A stretch of DNA of 62,575 nt, filler included, from Chiloscyllium plagiosum (Eukaryota), in the NCBI RefSeq assembly GCF_004010195.1. It is 3 parts of one record of this genome, joined end to end, with 100 filler letters (N's around TTAATTAATTAA, not from the genome) between each part and the next. Parts side by side here need not be neighbours in the genome. Positions count along the whole stretch, not along the records: positions 58,227 to 62,575 come from NC_057714.1; 2 more parts are not named here. One strand, written 5' to 3'. The position numbers and the translations under genes were made by a program. Of the stretch, positions 61,701 through 62,575 are shown in pieces. The notes under the pieces were generated by a model. That model was not told the DNA's origin and searched no databases. It saw only the letters and a list, made by a program, of their open reading frames with translations. The first letter of the stretch is position 1. Each line of letters begins with the position of its first letter.

Positions 61701-62254
61701 AGGCTCTGTGGCATTCTCTTCACTCACTTGCCCTCATCTAAGTCATTAATATATATTCTAAATAATTGTGGTCCAGCACCAATCCCTGTGGCACTCTACT
61801 GGTTGTAGATTGTCATGAAAATGCCTCCTTTTGTCTACTTTATTGCCTTTTATTTAGCCAATCCCCTATCTATGCTAATATTCTTAGCAGCCTTTGGCAT
61901 GAATTAACAAGTACTTTTTTCCTTGAGTGAGAGTTACTGTACTTATTTCCTCCTCCCCCACCTTTTGCCCTTGATTATTTAGTCAAGCATGACTTAACTA
62001 TCCTGGAGTGAGTCCTGACCACTCCCAAATATACCATTCCCACCCAAAGAAAGACAGCCAAATAGACTGAGGCATCATCTGCAAGTTTGCCAACATCAGT
62101 TAAGGTACAAAACTTGCCATCATTTGTATTTCTGGCAGGGCTCTGGTCTTCTTAAAATCTGAGTACTCGGCACTTCGAAGGCCCTTACATCATCACACAA
62201 ACTCAATGAAACACAATTATCCCATCATCATATCATAGTAATTACAGAAATATA

Positions 62255-62575
62255 GCTCAGGGATGTGCAGGACTGGCAGCTTAATGTTCCAGGATACAAA
62301 TGCTACATGAAGGATAGAAAGGGAGGCAAGAGAGGAGGGGGAGTGGCATTTTTGATCAGGGATAGCATTACAGCTGGGCTGAGGGAGGATATTCCCAGGA
62401 ATACATCCAGGGAAGTTATTTGGGTGGAACTAAGAAATAATAAAAGGATGATCACCTTATTGGGATTGTATTATAGACCCCCTAACAGTCAGAGGGAAAT
62501 TGAGAAACAAACTTGTAAGGAGATCTCAGCTATCTGTAAGAATAATAGGGTAATTATGGTAGGGGATTTTAACTT
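62255..62575 (+). mobile_element. CR1 ORF2 endonuclease fragment running off the window
   Basis: WQLNVPGYKCY...RGGGVAFLI...EVIWVELRN...YYRPPNS...VGDFN. Confidence 0.9.

Overview
This is vertebrate nuclear DNA, most likely from a shark (inferred from the mix of HE1/V-SINE, DeuSINE, CR1 and Penelope repeats). It comes from a scaffolded draft assembly with four N gaps, two of which are artificial 100-bp spacers (N44-TTAATTAATTAA-N44). Two host genes are visible. Five consecutive + strand coding exons of dopa decarboxylase (DDC) match human exons 7-11 in size (67, 95, 68, 77 and 20 bp) and include the PLP-binding lysine. The last coding exon (SH2 C-terminus) and a ~2.6-kb 3'UTR of GRB10 lie on the - strand. 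I could not find DDC exons 12-14, and the two genes face tail-to-tail, unlike the head-to-tail order in human and mouse. This probably reflects a flipped contig at the 31.6-kb spacer, though a real inversion is possible. The rest is mostly nested transposon debris: CR1/L2 LINEs (one with an intact SGNH-esterase ORF1), Penelope-like elements, Gmr1-type Gypsy elements and solo LTRs, Tx1/L1, Tigger/pogo, a Vingi-like remnant and SINEs. I see no convincingly new system. The most interesting non-genic signal is a set of Penelope terminal-repeat copies carrying minimal hammerhead-ribozyme motifs. Several form small fold-back cassettes, and one has captured a piece of Gypsy LTR and inserted into the protease motif of a Gypsy element carrying that LTR. 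TE boundaries are by-eye estimates unless a TSD is quoted.
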